52,032 nt of DNA from Chthonomonadales bacterium (GTDB lineage Bacteria; Armatimonadota; Chthonomonadetes; Chthonomonadales; Chthonomonadaceae), in the NCBI GenBank assembly GCA_038217285.1, contig JBBQPO010000008.1, positions 1 through 52,032 on the forward strand, given 5' to 3'. The notes under the pieces are model-generated. The model searched no databases, was not told the origin of the DNA, and saw only the letters and a program-made list of their open reading frames with translations. Shown piece by piece: positions 39,264-50,006 of this stretch; within the stretch, counting starts at the first letter, position 1, and each line of letters starts with the position of its first letter. Made by a program: the position numbers and the translations under genes.

Positions 39264-39302
39264 GCCGGGAGTTGAACTCTCCTGCGGAGGGCAAGGCTAC
39301 CA

Positions 39303-39333
39303 TTCCTCCCCTGCCTAAAGGCAAGGGGCCTCC
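39303..39333. mobile_element. Isolated IS200/IS605-like end hairpin (REP-like remnant)
   Basis: ttcctcccctgcctaaaggcaaggggcctcc follows the TTCCTCCCC...TAAAG...GGGG pattern of HUH-transposon ends. No transposase is nearby. Confidence 0.55.
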
Positions 39334-39423
39334 TGGTATGAATCTGTGAAGATTCTCCCGGCGCGTACTCCGGAACCATTCATGCGAGTTGTTGTGGATC
39401 GTCGAACAGTGGGCGGTGTCCGC

Positions 39424-40686
39424 CTAACGGCTTTTGGCCGCCGTCGGAAGCGCCAGTACATCGTCCGGCAGCCCGCTTGCACGCAGTTCCGCCTTCGTTA
39501 ACAGTTCCAGGGCCTGTCTCGCAGCCGCCGTGGAGCGCCCTTTTGCGAGGAAGTCGCGCAGATCGTTTGCGGCAGAACGAATGTCCGGCGCCGCTGCAAT
39601 AGCGATGCCATCTTGATACTCCTTCAACGCCTGCGTCCCCTGGTCGCGAACGGCATAGGCCAGGCCGATGTTGAACCGCACGTAGGCCTGTTTCGGATCG
39701 AGCGCCAGCGCCTTGCGGCCGCTCGTTACCGATTCGTCCATCAGTCCTTCTTCATATTGCGACCATCCGAGATTACCCCACAGCGGTGAGCTATTGGGGG
39801 CCGCAGCGAGGGCCAATCGGTATTCGCTGATGGCGCTCAGATGTTTCCCCTCGGCATCCAGTATCTGGGCCAGAGTGGAATGGGCATCCACACTCTGAGC
39901 GTTTATGACGATCAGGTCGCGCGCGATTTTTTCCGCCTCTCCGAATCGCTTCAGGCCGGAGAGCGCCGAGGCGCGCCCGAGCATACCGCTCAAGTTTTTG
40001 GGGTCGATCCGCAGCGCGGCATCGTACTCCTCCAGCGCTTCCATGTGCCGATTCTCCTGCTCGTTCAGATCTCCCAGTCGCGCATGGACATCCGGACTGT
40101 CAGGCGCGAAGCCAAGGGCTGCCAACAGCGAGCGACGAGCCGCCGAATACTCTTTTTGCTGCAGATACGTCTCCGCAATCACCAGTCGGAACCGAAGATC
40201 CGAGGGAGACAGTTCCACCGCGCGATCAAAACTGGCTCGTGCCGCAGCATACTTCGCCTCGTCCACCTGGGAGGAACCGAGATAGTAGAGAAACTCAGGC
40301 TCTTTTGGACTGAGATCGACCACTGCCTGGAAAGTCTGCGTGGCCGCCGGGAACTGCCGCAGCAGGGCGTATGCCCTGCCGAGCAGTACGCGACTCTGGA
40401 TGCTTTTCGGATCAAGGGCGACAGCCTGTTTGAGCAGCACCACGGCCTCCTGCCCTTTCCCCTGCTCGAGGAGCGCCTGTCCCTTGCGGTCTAGTTCCGC
40501 AACAGTCGGCGGCGCGGGAACGGAGGGGGGCGGCGCCTGCCCGGTCGCAGGCGCTTTTGTATCCGCAGCCTTCCCAGGAGCCGTTTTCGCCGGGCCCTTC
40601 TTCTCCTGGCCTGCGGCCGTTTGAGTCCACAATGTCAGACCTAGGGCCACACCGATCACGGTTCTGCCAATCCATAAGAGCCTCAT
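39424..40686 (-). CDS. Secreted tetratricopeptide repeat protein
   Basis: Signal peptide, Pro/Ala linker and about 9 TPR units (A..L.P......LG pattern). Confidence 0.9.
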   Translation of the reverse strand: MRLLWIGRTVIGVALGLTLWTQTAAGQEKKGPAKTAPGKAADTKAPATGQAPPPSVPAPPTVAELDRKGQALLEQGKGQEAVVLLKQAVALDPKSIQSRVLLGRAYALLRQFPAATQTFQAVVDLSPKEPEFLYYLGSSQVDEAKYAAARASFDRAVELSPSDLRFRLVIAETYLQQKEYSAARRSLLAALGFAPDSPDVHARLGDLNEQENRHMEALEEYDAALRIDPKNLSGMLGRASALSGLKRFGEAEKIARDLIVINAQSVDAHSTLAQILDAEGKHLSAISEYRLALAAAPNSSPLWGNLGWSQYEEGLMDESVTSGRKALALDPKQAYVRFNIGLAYAVRDQGTQALKEYQDGIAIAAAPDIRSAANDLRDFLAKGRSTAAARQALELLTKAELRASGLPDDVLALPTAAKSR

Positions 40687-40819
40687 CGTTTATGCCTCTC
40701 CTCGCGCTTGCACACTCCGACGGGAATCGATAGTCGAGCCTATGGTAGCAGACCGGCACCCCTCTCGTCAAGCCGAACCGGGGCAGGAAAAAAGTGAGCC
40801 GTCGAAGAATATACGGAGC

Positions 40820-42325
40820 ATGAAATCACGAACCACCCGTCGATCCCTAGCGGCGGCTACTCTGCTGGCCTTGATGGTGACTGTGCTCCAAACTCCGTCC
40901 TCCCGGTGCCGCGCCGACGACGCCGGCACGGGAACCGATCCAGCTCTCGTCGAACGTATAGAGGCGCTCCTGGCCGACAAAACGCTCCAGACAGGCTTTC
41001 AGGGCCTCCTCATTCAGTCGCTCAAAGACCATACCACCCTCTATGAGCGCAACGCCGACAAGGTGTTCTTACCGGCATCCAATAATAAACTACTGACGTC
41101 CGGAGCAGCCCTTACTCTCCTGGGTCCGAGCTTTTTCTACACGACTCGCGTCGTCGCCGCCGTGCCGCCGGATCGCAAAGGTGTGCTTCACTCCGATCTC
41201 ACGCTGGTAGGTTCCGGAGATCCAGTCCTCTCGTCGGCCGATCTCACGGACCTCGCTCACTCGCTCAAGGCAGCCGGGATAAAGAGGATCGAAGGCGCCG
41301 TCACCGGCGACGACTCCCTGTTCGACCTGCAGCGCCTGGGCGATGGATGGACCTGGGACGACGAACCCTTCTACTACTCGGCGCAGGTGAGCGCCCTCAA
41401 CCTGAACGAGAATCTCGTGAGTGTCCGTGTCCTGCCTGGGATGAAAGAAGGCGATCCCGTTCGGGTTCTCGTGACACCGACGGAAAAGTACATGACGATT
41501 CGTAATCTGGCGAAGACCGCAGTCGCCAAAACAAAGTCTTCCATCCTTGTGGATCGCCTTCGTGGCCAGAATATCCTCATTGTCACCGGAGCGGTGGCCG
41601 TGGATACTACGGAACAGGACGCGCCCAAGGTGGCCGTGACCGTCGATGATCCGACGCAGTTCACCCTGACCGTCTTTCGCGAGGCCCTGGCCAGGGAGGG
41701 AATTCGGGTCGGCGGCAAGCGCTTCACGACGCCCTCCAGTACGGTGACTCTTGCCCAACATAGCTCCGTACCGCTCTCCGAAATCCTGAAGCTTCTCAAC
41801 AAACCCAGCGATAATCTGATCGCCGAGTGCCTGCTGAAGACAGTAGGCGCGTTCAAAAAAGGGAAGGGCACAGCGGGAGCCGACGGAACCGGCGCGCAGA
41901 CGGCGAGAGATCTCTTTAAATCGATAGGTATGGATGTGACGCACCTGAACCAGTCGGACGGCTCCGGCCTCTCGCGGTTCAATTTTGTCTCCCCCCGCGA
42001 CTTCGTCCAACTGCTCACGTACCTTCACAACCAATCGTCCTTCCCGGTCTTGTACGAATCACTTCCGATCGCGGGAGTCGACGGCTCGCTGCGTAATCGT
42101 CTGAAAAACAGTGCGGCGACCGGCAACTGCCATGCCAAAACCGGCTACATTTCGAGGGCGAGCAGTCTCAGCGGCTACATCACAACGAAGGATAACGAAA
42201 TGCTGGTCTTCTCTATATTAATGAACAATCACCTTTCGTCGAACGCGTTGCCCGTCTCCATTCAGGACAAGATCATGCTGCTGCTCGCGAACTACTCTCG
42301 CCCCGGTGTGCCCCATGCGCAGTGA
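40820..42325 (+). CDS. dacB: D-Ala-D-Ala carboxypeptidase/endopeptidase PBP4 (peptidase S13)
   Basis: Motifs PASNNK (SxxK), GSGDP, SDN, DGSGLSR and AKTG. ATG at 40820. Confidence 0.93.
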   Translation: MKSRTTRRSLAAATLLALMVTVLQTPSSRCRADDAGTGTDPALVERIEALLADKTLQTGFQGLLIQSLKDHTTLYERNADKVFLPASNNKLLTSGAALTLLGPSFFYTTRVVAAVPPDRKGVLHSDLTLVGSGDPVLSSADLTDLAHSLKAAGIKRIEGAVTGDDSLFDLQRLGDGWTWDDEPFYYSAQVSALNLNENLVSVRVLPGMKEGDPVRVLVTPTEKYMTIRNLAKTAVAKTKSSILVDRLRGQNILIVTGAVAVDTTEQDAPKVAVTVDDPTQFTLTVFREALAREGIRVGGKRFTTPSSTVTLAQHSSVPLSEILKLLNKPSDNLIAECLLKTVGAFKKGKGTAGADGTGAQTARDLFKSIGMDVTHLNQSDGSGLSRFNFVSPRDFVQLLTYLHNQSSFPVLYESLPIAGVDGSLRNRLKNSAATGNCHAKTGYISRASSLSGYITTKDNEMLVFSILMNNHLSSNALPVSIQDKIMLLLANYSRPGVPHAQ

Positions 42326-43427
42326 GGGCACCGCGCGCGCAGCCGTCATTCCCGGTCCAGGTCAACCTCCGGAAGTCCGAACCTACCTCATTCCTGAACT
42401 GGAACCGGGCGCGGTCCTTCTGCAAACGATTGCTTCCGAAGTCTGCGGCACCGATGTTCATCTCTGGCACGGGCGACTCGCCGGTGTCCCCTATCCTCTG
42501 ATCCCCGGCCATGTCAGCGTGGGCACGGTCGAGGCCGTCCGAGGAACCGTTGTCGATGTCGAAGGTATCCCGATCTGCAAGGGCGATGTCGTGACGTTCC
42601 TGGATGTACACGGAACCTGCGGCAGTTGCTGGTACTGCCTTGTCGCAAAGGCGAGCACCCGCTGCCCGCATCGCCGTGTCTACGGCATTACCTACGGAGC
42701 CGACGAAGGGCCCGGCCTCTCCGGGGGCTGGTCGGAACGCATCTATCTCCGGCCCAGCACGAAACTGCTGCGCCTCCTTCCCAACGTGTCGCCGGACGCC
42801 TGGATCGGCGCTGGCTGCGGACTGCCGACGGCCGTTCATGCCGTCGAACTCGCCCGCATACGGTTGGGCGACCGGGTGCTGATTCAAGGCAGTGGTCCGG
42901 TCGGACTCAGCGCCGCCATGTTGGCTCTTCTCAGTGGGGCCAGTTGGGTGGGTGTCCTCGGCGCTCCGGAGGAGAGACTTGCTACCGCCACCCGTGTCGG
43001 GGTAGACTGGACTGGAAATGTCACACAATTGACTCCGTCCGAACGAGCGGCGCAGATACGGGATGCGACAGGCGGGCGCGGACCTGACATCGTCATAGAA
43101 GCCAGCGGTAACCCGAATGCGGTTCCGGAAGGATGCGAGTTGGTTCGCGATGCTGGGCGCTATGTCGTCGTGGGACAGTATACGGATAACGGCTCGATCG
43201 AACTGAATCCGCACCTGCATATCAATCGCAAGCATCTGGAGATCCTGGGATGCTGGGGCTCTGACTTTTCTCATGTCTACCGTGCCATGGAGATCCTGGC
43301 GCGATTCGACCGCCGGATGCAGTGGTCGCAGCTCATTACCCGGCGCTACGGACTGAATGAAGTTGGTCTGGCGCTAGCCGATGTCGAAGCGAGACGGGTG
43401 GTCAAAGCCGTCGTTCTGCCCTCCTGA
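42315..43427 (+). CDS. Zinc-dependent medium-chain alcohol dehydrogenase
   Basis: Motifs CGTD and GHV (usually GHE), structural Zn site CGSCWYC...C, and GSGPVG. Confidence 0.9.
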   Translation: MRSEGTARAAVIPGPGQPPEVRTYLIPELEPGAVLLQTIASEVCGTDVHLWHGRLAGVPYPLIPGHVSVGTVEAVRGTVVDVEGIPICKGDVVTFLDVHGTCGSCWYCLVAKASTRCPHRRVYGITYGADEGPGLSGGWSERIYLRPSTKLLRLLPNVSPDAWIGAGCGLPTAVHAVELARIRLGDRVLIQGSGPVGLSAAMLALLSGASWVGVLGAPEERLATATRVGVDWTGNVTQLTPSERAAQIRDATGGRGPDIVIEASGNPNAVPEGCELVRDAGRYVVVGQYTDNGSIELNPHLHINRKHLEILGCWGSDFSHVYRAMEILARFDRRMQWSQLITRRYGLNEVGLALADVEARRVVKAVVLPS

Positions 43428-43437
43428 AGAGGCCAAC

Positions 43438-44493
43438 ATGCAGCATTCGGATACTATTTCCCAGGTCAACGCGCTGACGCAACGATTTTACACCAAAGAC
43501 GTCGCATGCGAAACCACGCTCTCCGCGCTGATGGAGTGTGTCCGGCCTGCGATCCGCAAGCGCCTTCAGGACAAGCATATTCTGGGCGATGACCTGGAGG
43601 ATCTCTACATCGAGACGGCGGAACGCCTGCTGACGGCGACCCGCCGCAGCCGTGAGCAGACGGATCACCATATCGGCAACTATATCAGTTATGCGCTCAC
43701 CGTGGCCGATACGGTCTTCGAAGATCATATCCGGCGCACCAAACCCAACTGGTGCCGACTGAAGCGCCGCATCCTCTACCTGCTGGATAACAAGACTGGG
43801 AACAAGGTCTTCGCCCGATGGCGTCTCAGCCTGCGCTGGCTCGGCGGCCTCTTTACCTGGCAGGGACAAACGTTCCAGCCCACGCGTACCTATAACGTTC
43901 TCTGCTCGGAACCGGATTCACTCTGCAGTCTGATATTTGCCCATCGCTCCCCCGAACATGTTCCCCTGCCGGAACTGCTGGCGCGCCTCTTCCGTTGGCT
44001 CGAAACTCCCCTCGAACTGGACGAGTTGACCAACCACATCGCCCAACTGCAGGGTATCGCCGATCACCTTCCCCACTCTCTCGAAGGTCTGGCAATGGTC
44101 GCCGAACGAGACACCGACTATTTCCTCCCGCCATCGTCGCATGACGTAGCGTCCGAAGTGATGGAGGCGCTCTCCAGTGAAGCGTTCCGCAAACGGATCT
44201 GGGACATCCTGTGCGAAGTGCCAATTCGCCAACGCATCGCCCTCCTTTTCGCGATGCCGCGCGATGAGGTTCTGCTGCTCGGCAGGGTCACGGAGATCGC
44301 GGCGGCAGTCGAACTGCCCTTACAGCAGTTCGCAGCGATCTGGCAGCAACTCCCGCTCTCCGATAAGGAGATCGCCGAGCGCCTGGAAATCACCCCGAAG
44401 CAGGTTTCCAACCTTCGCAAGTGTGCGAGAGAACGCATCTATCGCTGGCTGGCCCGTAAAGAAGTCGAACCGGATCAGCACAGCAATCGCTAA
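43438..44493 (+). CDS. Atypical sigma-70/ECF-like sigma factor with a long internal insertion
   Basis: Region-2-like 'DDLEDLYIETAERLL...NYISYALTVADTVFEDHIRR' and region-4-like 'VPIRQRIALL...LSDKEIAERLEITPKQVSNLRKCARERI'. It is followed by a ZAS-domain gene. Confidence 0.75.
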   Translation: MQHSDTISQVNALTQRFYTKDVACETTLSALMECVRPAIRKRLQDKHILGDDLEDLYIETAERLLTATRRSREQTDHHIGNYISYALTVADTVFEDHIRRTKPNWCRLKRRILYLLDNKTGNKVFARWRLSLRWLGGLFTWQGQTFQPTRTYNVLCSEPDSLCSLIFAHRSPEHVPLPELLARLFRWLETPLELDELTNHIAQLQGIADHLPHSLEGLAMVAERDTDYFLPPSSHDVASEVMEALSSEAFRKRIWDILCEVPIRQRIALLFAMPRDEVLLLGRVTEIAAAVELPLQQFAAIWQQLPLSDKEIAERLEITPKQVSNLRKCARERIYRWLARKEVEPDQHSNR

Positions 44494-44609
44494 CATTCTC
44501 GCAGTCCGTCAATTCCACATTCCCGGAAGAAAACTTGAAATGACAACTACATCGAACGCCACGGACGGTAGCCTGGTCCGTGATTCGGCGTCTGTATCAA
44601 GCTATCATC

Positions 44610-46277
44610 ATGGTTAACCACCTCTCGGCAGAACAACAGACGCGCTATCGAACCGGCGCCATCGTCAACGACCAGGAGCTGCAGGAGATCGACGCTCATC
44701 TGACGATCTGCGCCTCCTGTCGCGACGCGCTCTTCCACGCCCTGCGTGATAATACCGGCACACTGCGCCGGTCGCTTCTGCCTGCCCGTGACGAGCCGCA
44801 CTGCCTCGACGACCAGACGATCACCGGTTACGTGCGCGGTCAACTCGATGCCACGGATCGGGAAGTGGTCGAGGCGCATCTCGCCCTCTGTCCGCGGTGT
44901 GCTGAGGATGTGGCGTCGCTCCAGGCCTTTCATGAACAGATGCTGCGTTTCGACTGGACGACGCTCCCCGCAGAGACGCTGCGCGAGCGCCTGCGCCGCT
45001 GGTTCCACTTTCACGAATTCGGCCCCTTGCCGACCTTCCGCCAGGTGCATGAATGGTGGGAACACTACACACTCACCGCGAGAATTGTCACGGCGCTTAT
45101 TGTCGGTCTCTTGCTAGGCCTACTGCTTGGCGAGAGAGCCACGATCCTCGAACCGGTCCACGTTATCATCCTGCGTCTGCTCGGCGCACTGGCCACACCG
45201 TTGATCTTCGTCGCGATCATCCATGCCTTCCTCAAGGCGAATATGAACGCCGCCACAGCACGCAAGCTGGTCGTACTGCTCCTGACCAATACGCTGTTCG
45301 CCATTGTCGTCGGACTGATTGTCGTGAACGTTTTCAAACCCGGGAAGCATGTGAGCGTCGAGGGCGCCAATCAGATCGCGGACGTAGCCTCCCTGCATTC
45401 GCTGGCGCACAAGATGCCGCCCAGTATCCTCTCCGCCATGGCCGAGAACAACATCGTCTACGTCATTCTTGCGGCCATCGGGATCGGAATCGCCGTCCGT
45501 GCCGTCCGGCAGGAACAACAGCGCGAGGGTAGGAACGGCTACAAAGTGATCGAGGACCTGGCCGAAGTGACCTTCCTCACGCTCACGAAGATGATCCGAT
45601 GGGTCATTGCCCTCGTGCCGTTCGCCGTCTGCGCCATCATCGCCAACCTCGTTGGGCGCAAGGACTTCGAGACGGTGCGATCCCTCGGAGGCTTCGTCGG
45701 CACCGTCCTGTTCGCCCTATGCATCCAGGCGTTGTACTATCTGGTGCGGCTGCGTATGGGATCGTGGGTCACCCCTTCTCACTTCCTGCGCGCCGGACGC
45801 AGCGCATTTTTGACCGCGTTCTGGACCGCAAGTTCCGCCGCCACCATGCCCGTGACCTATCGCTGCATGCGGGAACGTGTCGGCCTGCGCGACGAGTCGA
45901 CCAGCCTGGGCATCCTGGTCGGCGGCAGCCTCAATCGTGATGGAACCGCCCTTTACCAGACGATGGCCTCTATTTTCGTAGCCCAACTCAGCGGCGTTCC
46001 CATTGCCCTGCCTCGACAACTCACGGTGATCCTGACCTCCGTCATGGCTTCGGTCGGCGCGCCGGGCATCCCGGAAGCGGGAATGGTCACCATGCTGATG
46101 ATCTTCCGCTCACTGGGCCTGCGCGAAGAGTATATCGGCCTCCTGTTGGCCGTCGACTGGCTCCTCGACCGCTGCCGAACCATGGTCAATGTCATGGGTC
46201 ATACCAGCGTCACGTGCATCCTCGATGGCAAAGAGCGGCCTCTCGAAGCTGTCCGGAGCGCCCCAGCCGTTCTCTAA
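44610..46277 (+). CDS. Fusion of two zf-HC2 (ZAS) anti-sigma domains to a dicarboxylate/amino acid:cation symporter (DAACS/SLC1)
   Basis: HLTICASC and HLALCPRC (HxxxCxxC) are followed in frame by DAACS motifs PLIF, AFWTASSAATMP, NRDGTALY, SVGAPGIPEAG and VDWLLDRCRTMVNV. Confidence 0.88.
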   Translation: MVNHLSAEQQTRYRTGAIVNDQELQEIDAHLTICASCRDALFHALRDNTGTLRRSLLPARDEPHCLDDQTITGYVRGQLDATDREVVEAHLALCPRCAEDVASLQAFHEQMLRFDWTTLPAETLRERLRRWFHFHEFGPLPTFRQVHEWWEHYTLTARIVTALIVGLLLGLLLGERATILEPVHVIILRLLGALATPLIFVAIIHAFLKANMNAATARKLVVLLLTNTLFAIVVGLIVVNVFKPGKHVSVEGANQIADVASLHSLAHKMPPSILSAMAENNIVYVILAAIGIGIAVRAVRQEQQREGRNGYKVIEDLAEVTFLTLTKMIRWVIALVPFAVCAIIANLVGRKDFETVRSLGGFVGTVLFALCIQALYYLVRLRMGSWVTPSHFLRAGRSAFLTAFWTASSAATMPVTYRCMRERVGLRDESTSLGILVGGSLNRDGTALYQTMASIFVAQLSGVPIALPRQLTVILTSVMASVGAPGIPEAGMVTMLMIFRSLGLREEYIGLLLAVDWLLDRCRTMVNVMGHTSVTCILDGKERPLEAVRSAPAVL

Positions 46278-46301
46278 ACAGGAGGCCATCACCGGTGTCT
46301 T

Positions 46302-49300
46302 CTACTCTTTCGGCGTATAGTTCAAGTTGGGTGAGAGCCAGCGCTCCACCTCCGACACTTCCATTCCTTTGCGGGCAGCGTATTCGGTGACCTGATCGGT
46401 TTCGATCTTTCCGACGGGGAAGTACCGTGACGCCGGGTGCGCGAAATAGAAGCCGCTGACAGAACTGGCAGGATACATCGCGTAGCTCTCCGTCAGATGA
46501 ATGTCCGCTTTTTCCTTGACGCCCAGCAGTTCCCAGAGAAGCGCTTTCTCGGTGTGGTCCGGGCAGGCCGGATAGCCCGGCGCGGGCCGGATTCCCCGGT
46601 ACTTTTCGCGGATATAGTCGTCGGTGCTGAGCGCTTCCTCCGTGCCATATCCCCACGCATCGCGGGCGATCTTGTGCAGCTTTTCGGCAAAAGCTTCTGC
46701 CAGTCGATCCGCGAGAGCCTCGACCATGATCGCGTTGTAGTCGTCGAGCTCTGACTGGAACTTCTTGACCACGACGTCCATGCCGTGCCCCGACGTGACG
46801 GCGAACGCCCCGACATAGTCGGGCAGACCGGTCGATTTGGGCGCGATGAAGTCCGCGATGGCATAGTTGACCGTTTCCGGCCCCTTGTCCATCTGCTGCC
46901 GCAGGGTATGCAGCGTCATCAAGACCTCGCCTCGTCCCTCGTCTGTATAGAGCTCGATGTCGTCGCCCACGCTGTTGGCGGGGAAAAGACCGTAGACCCC
47001 ATTCGCGGTCAGGCTCTTGTCCTTGACGAGTTGCGCCAGCAGCTTCTGCGCGTCGTCGAAGACCTTCTTCGCTTCTTCGCCGACGATCTCATCCTCGAAG
47101 ATCGCCGGATAACGTCCGGTCAGCTCCCAGGTATGGAAGAACGGCGTCCAGTCGATGAAAGGCACGAGATCCTTGAGCGGGAAGTTTTTCAGCTCCCGTA
47201 TCCCCAGCGCTTCCGGTATCGCGATGTCTTCTTTGTTCCAGACGATAGACGTCCGGCGTTTCCGCGCTTCCATCAGGGAGACCATCGCGCGCTCTCTGGT
47301 TCGGTTGGCATACTCCTCCCGAAGACGCTCCTGCTCGCATCGGTTCTGCTCGACGAAGGCCGACTTCGTCTCCGCACCGAGCAGGTTGCTGACAACGCCG
47401 ACAGCACGTGACGCGTCGGTCACATGAACGATCGGTTGCTTGTAGTGCTGCGCGATCTTGATGGCCGTGTGCGGCTTGCTTGTCGTCGCCCCCCCAATCA
47501 GCAATGGCACCGTAAATCCCTGCCGCTCCATCTCTTTCGCGACATAGATCATCTCGTCGAGGGACGGCGTGATCAGGCCGCTCAAGCCGATGATGTCGGC
47601 ACCGATCTCCTTCGCGGTCTGCAGGATCTTGTCGCAGGCGACCATGACGCCCATGTCGATAATCTCGTAGTTGTTACAGCCGAGGACGACGCCGACGATA
47701 TTCTTGCCGATGTCGTGTACATCGCCTTTAACGGTGGCCATCAGAATCTTGCCCTGCGCCTTGGTTTCGCCGCCTGCCGCCCGAACCGCCGCCTTCTCGG
47801 CCTCCATGAAGGGCAGCAGCACAGCGACCGCTCGCTTCATGACACGCGCCGACTTCACCACCTGCGGCAGAAACATCTTGCCCGCCCCGAACAGATCGCC
47901 GACGACGTTCATGCCGGCCATCAAGGGGCCTTCAATCACGCTGAGCGGCTTGTCGTACTGCTGCCGCGCCTCTTCGACGTCCGCTTCGATGAAGTCCGTG
48001 ATACCCTTGATAAGCGCATGAGAGAGCCGCGAATCGACGCTCTCCTGCCGCCAGGCGTCGTCTTTGACCTGAACTTTGCCCTTTTCGCCCTTGACGGTCT
48101 CGGCAAACGTCAGAAGCCGCTCGGTCGAGTCCGGGCGTCGATTGAGCAGCACATCCTCCACCAGACCCAGCAGCTCCTTCGGGATCTCTTCATAGACCGC
48201 CAACTGCCCCGCATTGACGATGCCCATGTCCAGACCGGCCTGTATCGCATGATACAGGAACACGGAGTGCATCGCCTCCCGAACCACGTTGTTACCCCGG
48301 AAGGAGAACGAGATGTTGCTGACGCCGCCGCTCACTTTGCACCCCGGCAGATTCTGCTTGATCCACCGAGTAGCCTCGATGAACGCGACTGCATAGCCGT
48401 TATGCTCCTCGATACCGGTTGCCACGGTCAGAATGTTGGGGTCGAAGATGATGTCCTGTGGCGGAAAGCCGACCTCCTCCGTCAGGATGCGGTAGGCGCG
48501 TTGGCAGATCGCGATCTTTCGCTCGAAGCTGTCGGCCTGCCCCTGCTCGTCGAAGGCCATGACGACCACAGCCGCGCCGTAACGCCGGACGAGTCGCCCC
48601 TGCTCCCGAAATTTCGCTTCTCCCTCTTTCATCGAGATCGAGTTGACGATGCCCTTGCCCTGAATGCATTTCAGGCCCGCTTCGATCACTTCCCATTTCG
48701 AGCTGTCCACCATGATCGGAACACGAGAGATCGAGTCATCCGGGCCGACAAGGTTGAGGAACGTCGTCATCGCATTCGCGCCATCGAGCATGCCTTCATC
48801 CATGTTGATATCGATGATGTTCGCGCCGCTCTCGACCTGTTGCCGCGCCACGGTAAGCGCCGCATCGTAGTCGCCGCCGAGGATCAGCTTCGAGAACTTC
48901 GGAGAGCCTGTAACGTTTGTGCGCTCGCCAACATTGATGAAGTTCGTCTCCGGGCGCAGTGTGAGCGCCTCCAACCCACTCAGACGCGTAAACTCCGCCA
49001 CCTGCGGCACGATTCGCGGGGCATACCCCTTCACCGCCTGGGCAATGGCCCGGATATGATTGGGGGTCGTTCCGCAGCATCCACCGACGATATTAAGCCA
49101 GCCGTTCGCAGCCCACTCCCCCAACAGTGGCGCCAGCGACTCGGGTGTCTCTGGGAACCCTGTGGGTGACAGCGGATCGGGAAGTCCGGCATTCGGGTAG
49201 GCGCTCACGTAGATCGGAGCCATGCCCGACAGCTCCTCGATATAGGGCCTCATCAGATCCGGGCCGAAGGCACAGTTGAGGCCTACACTGAGCAGAGGGG

Positions 49301-50006
49301 CGTGCGAAATGGAGTTCCAGAAGCCTTCGAGCGTCTGACCGGACATGGTGCGTCCGCCCTGGTCCAAAAAGAGGCTCGCCATGACGGGAACCCGTCGCCC
49401 ACCCTCGTCGAAAAATTTCTGGATGGCGAACAGCGCCGCCTTCAAGTTCATTGTGTCGAAAGTCGTTTCGGCCAGCAAGAGATCGGACCCACCGTCGATC
49501 AGTCCGCGAACCTGTTCGAGATACGATTCCATCACCTGATCGAACGTGACAAAGCGCTTCCCAGGGTCGTTGACATCGGTCGCGATTGACAAGGTGCGAT
49601 TCATTGGGCCAAGCGACCCCGCCACAAACCGCAGCCGCGATCCGTCTGCCGCCTGAATCCTGTCAACCGCTCGGCGCGCTATTTTCGTCGCCTCGACGTT
49701 CATCTCGTACGCCAGATCGGACAGGCCATACTCCGCCAGTCCGATTCGCGTTGCGCCGAACGTATTGGTTTCGATAATGTCCGCGCCAGCCTCCAGGTAA
49801 GCGGTATGTATCTCCTCGATCACGTCCGGCCGGGCAAAGTTCAGCACCTCGTTATTGTTCTTCAGGTCGATGGCATGGTCGCGGAACCGTTCGCCGCGAT
49901 AGTCGGCCTCTTCCAGTTTATACTGCTGGACCACGGTCCCCATCGCGCCATCGATGATGAGGATCCGCTCTTTCAGCAGAGAAACGATGGGATGATTATT
50001 TTCCAT
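46302..50006 (-). CDS. metH: Cobalamin-dependent methionine synthase
   Basis: Motifs [22 protein letters not shown]12 motif GDVHDIGKN, and activation-domain [15 protein letters not shown] at 50006. Confidence 0.98.
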   Translation of the reverse strand: MENNHPIVSLLKERILIIDGAMGTVVQQYKLEEADYRGERFRDHAIDLKNNNEVLNFARPDVIEEIHTAYLEAGADIIETNTFGATRIGLAEYGLSDLAYEMNVEATKIARRAVDRIQAADGSRLRFVAGSLGPMNRTLSIATDVNDPGKRFVTFDQVMESYLEQVRGLIDGGSDLLLAETTFDTMNLKAALFAIQKFFDEGGRRVPVMASLFLDQGGRTMSGQTLEGFWNSISHAPLLSVGLNCAFGPDLMRPYIEELSGMAPIYVSAYPNAGLPDPLSPTGFPETPESLAPLLGEWAANGWLNIVGGCCGTTPNHIRAIAQAVKGYAPRIVPQVAEFTRLSGLEALTLRPETNFINVGERTNVTGSPKFSKLILGGDYDAALTVARQQVESGANIIDINMDEGMLDGANAMTTFLNLVGPDDSISRVPIMVDSSKWEVIEAGLKCIQGKGIVNSISMKEGEAKFREQGRLVRRYGAAVVVMAFDEQGQADSFERKIAICQRAYRILTEEVGFPPQDIIFDPNILTVATGIEEHNGYAVAFIEATRWIKQNLPGCKVSGGVSNISFSFRGNNVVREAMHSVFLYHAIQAGLDMGIVNAGQLAVYEEIPKELLGLVEDVLLNRRPDSTERLLTFAETVKGEKGKVQVKDDAWRQESVDSRLSHALIKGITDFIEADVEEARQQYDKPLSVIEGPLMAGMNVVGDLFGAGKMFLPQVVKSARVMKRAVAVLLPFMEAEKAAVRAAGGETKAQGKILMATVKGDVHDIGKNIVGVVLGCNNYEIIDMGVMVACDKILQTAKEIGADIIGLSGLITPSLDEMIYVAKEMERQGFTVPLLIGGATTSKPHTAIKIAQHYKQPIVHVTDASRAVGVVSNLLGAETKSAFVEQNRCEQERLREEYANRTRERAMVSLMEARKRRTSIVWNKEDIAIPEALGIRELKNFPLKDLVPFIDWTPFFHTWELTGRYPAIFEDEIVGEEAKKVFDDAQKLLAQLVKDKSLTANGVYGLFPANSVGDDIELYTDEGRGEVLMTLHTLRQQMDKGPETVNYAIADFIAPKSTGLPDYVGAFAVTSGHGMDVVVKKFQSELDDYNAIMVEALADRLAEAFAEKLHKIARDAWGYGTEEALSTDDYIREKYRGIRPAPGYPACPDHTEKALLWELLGVKEKADIHLTESYAMYPASSVSGFYFAHPASRYFPVGKIETDQVTEYAARKGMEVSEVERWLSPNLNYTPKE

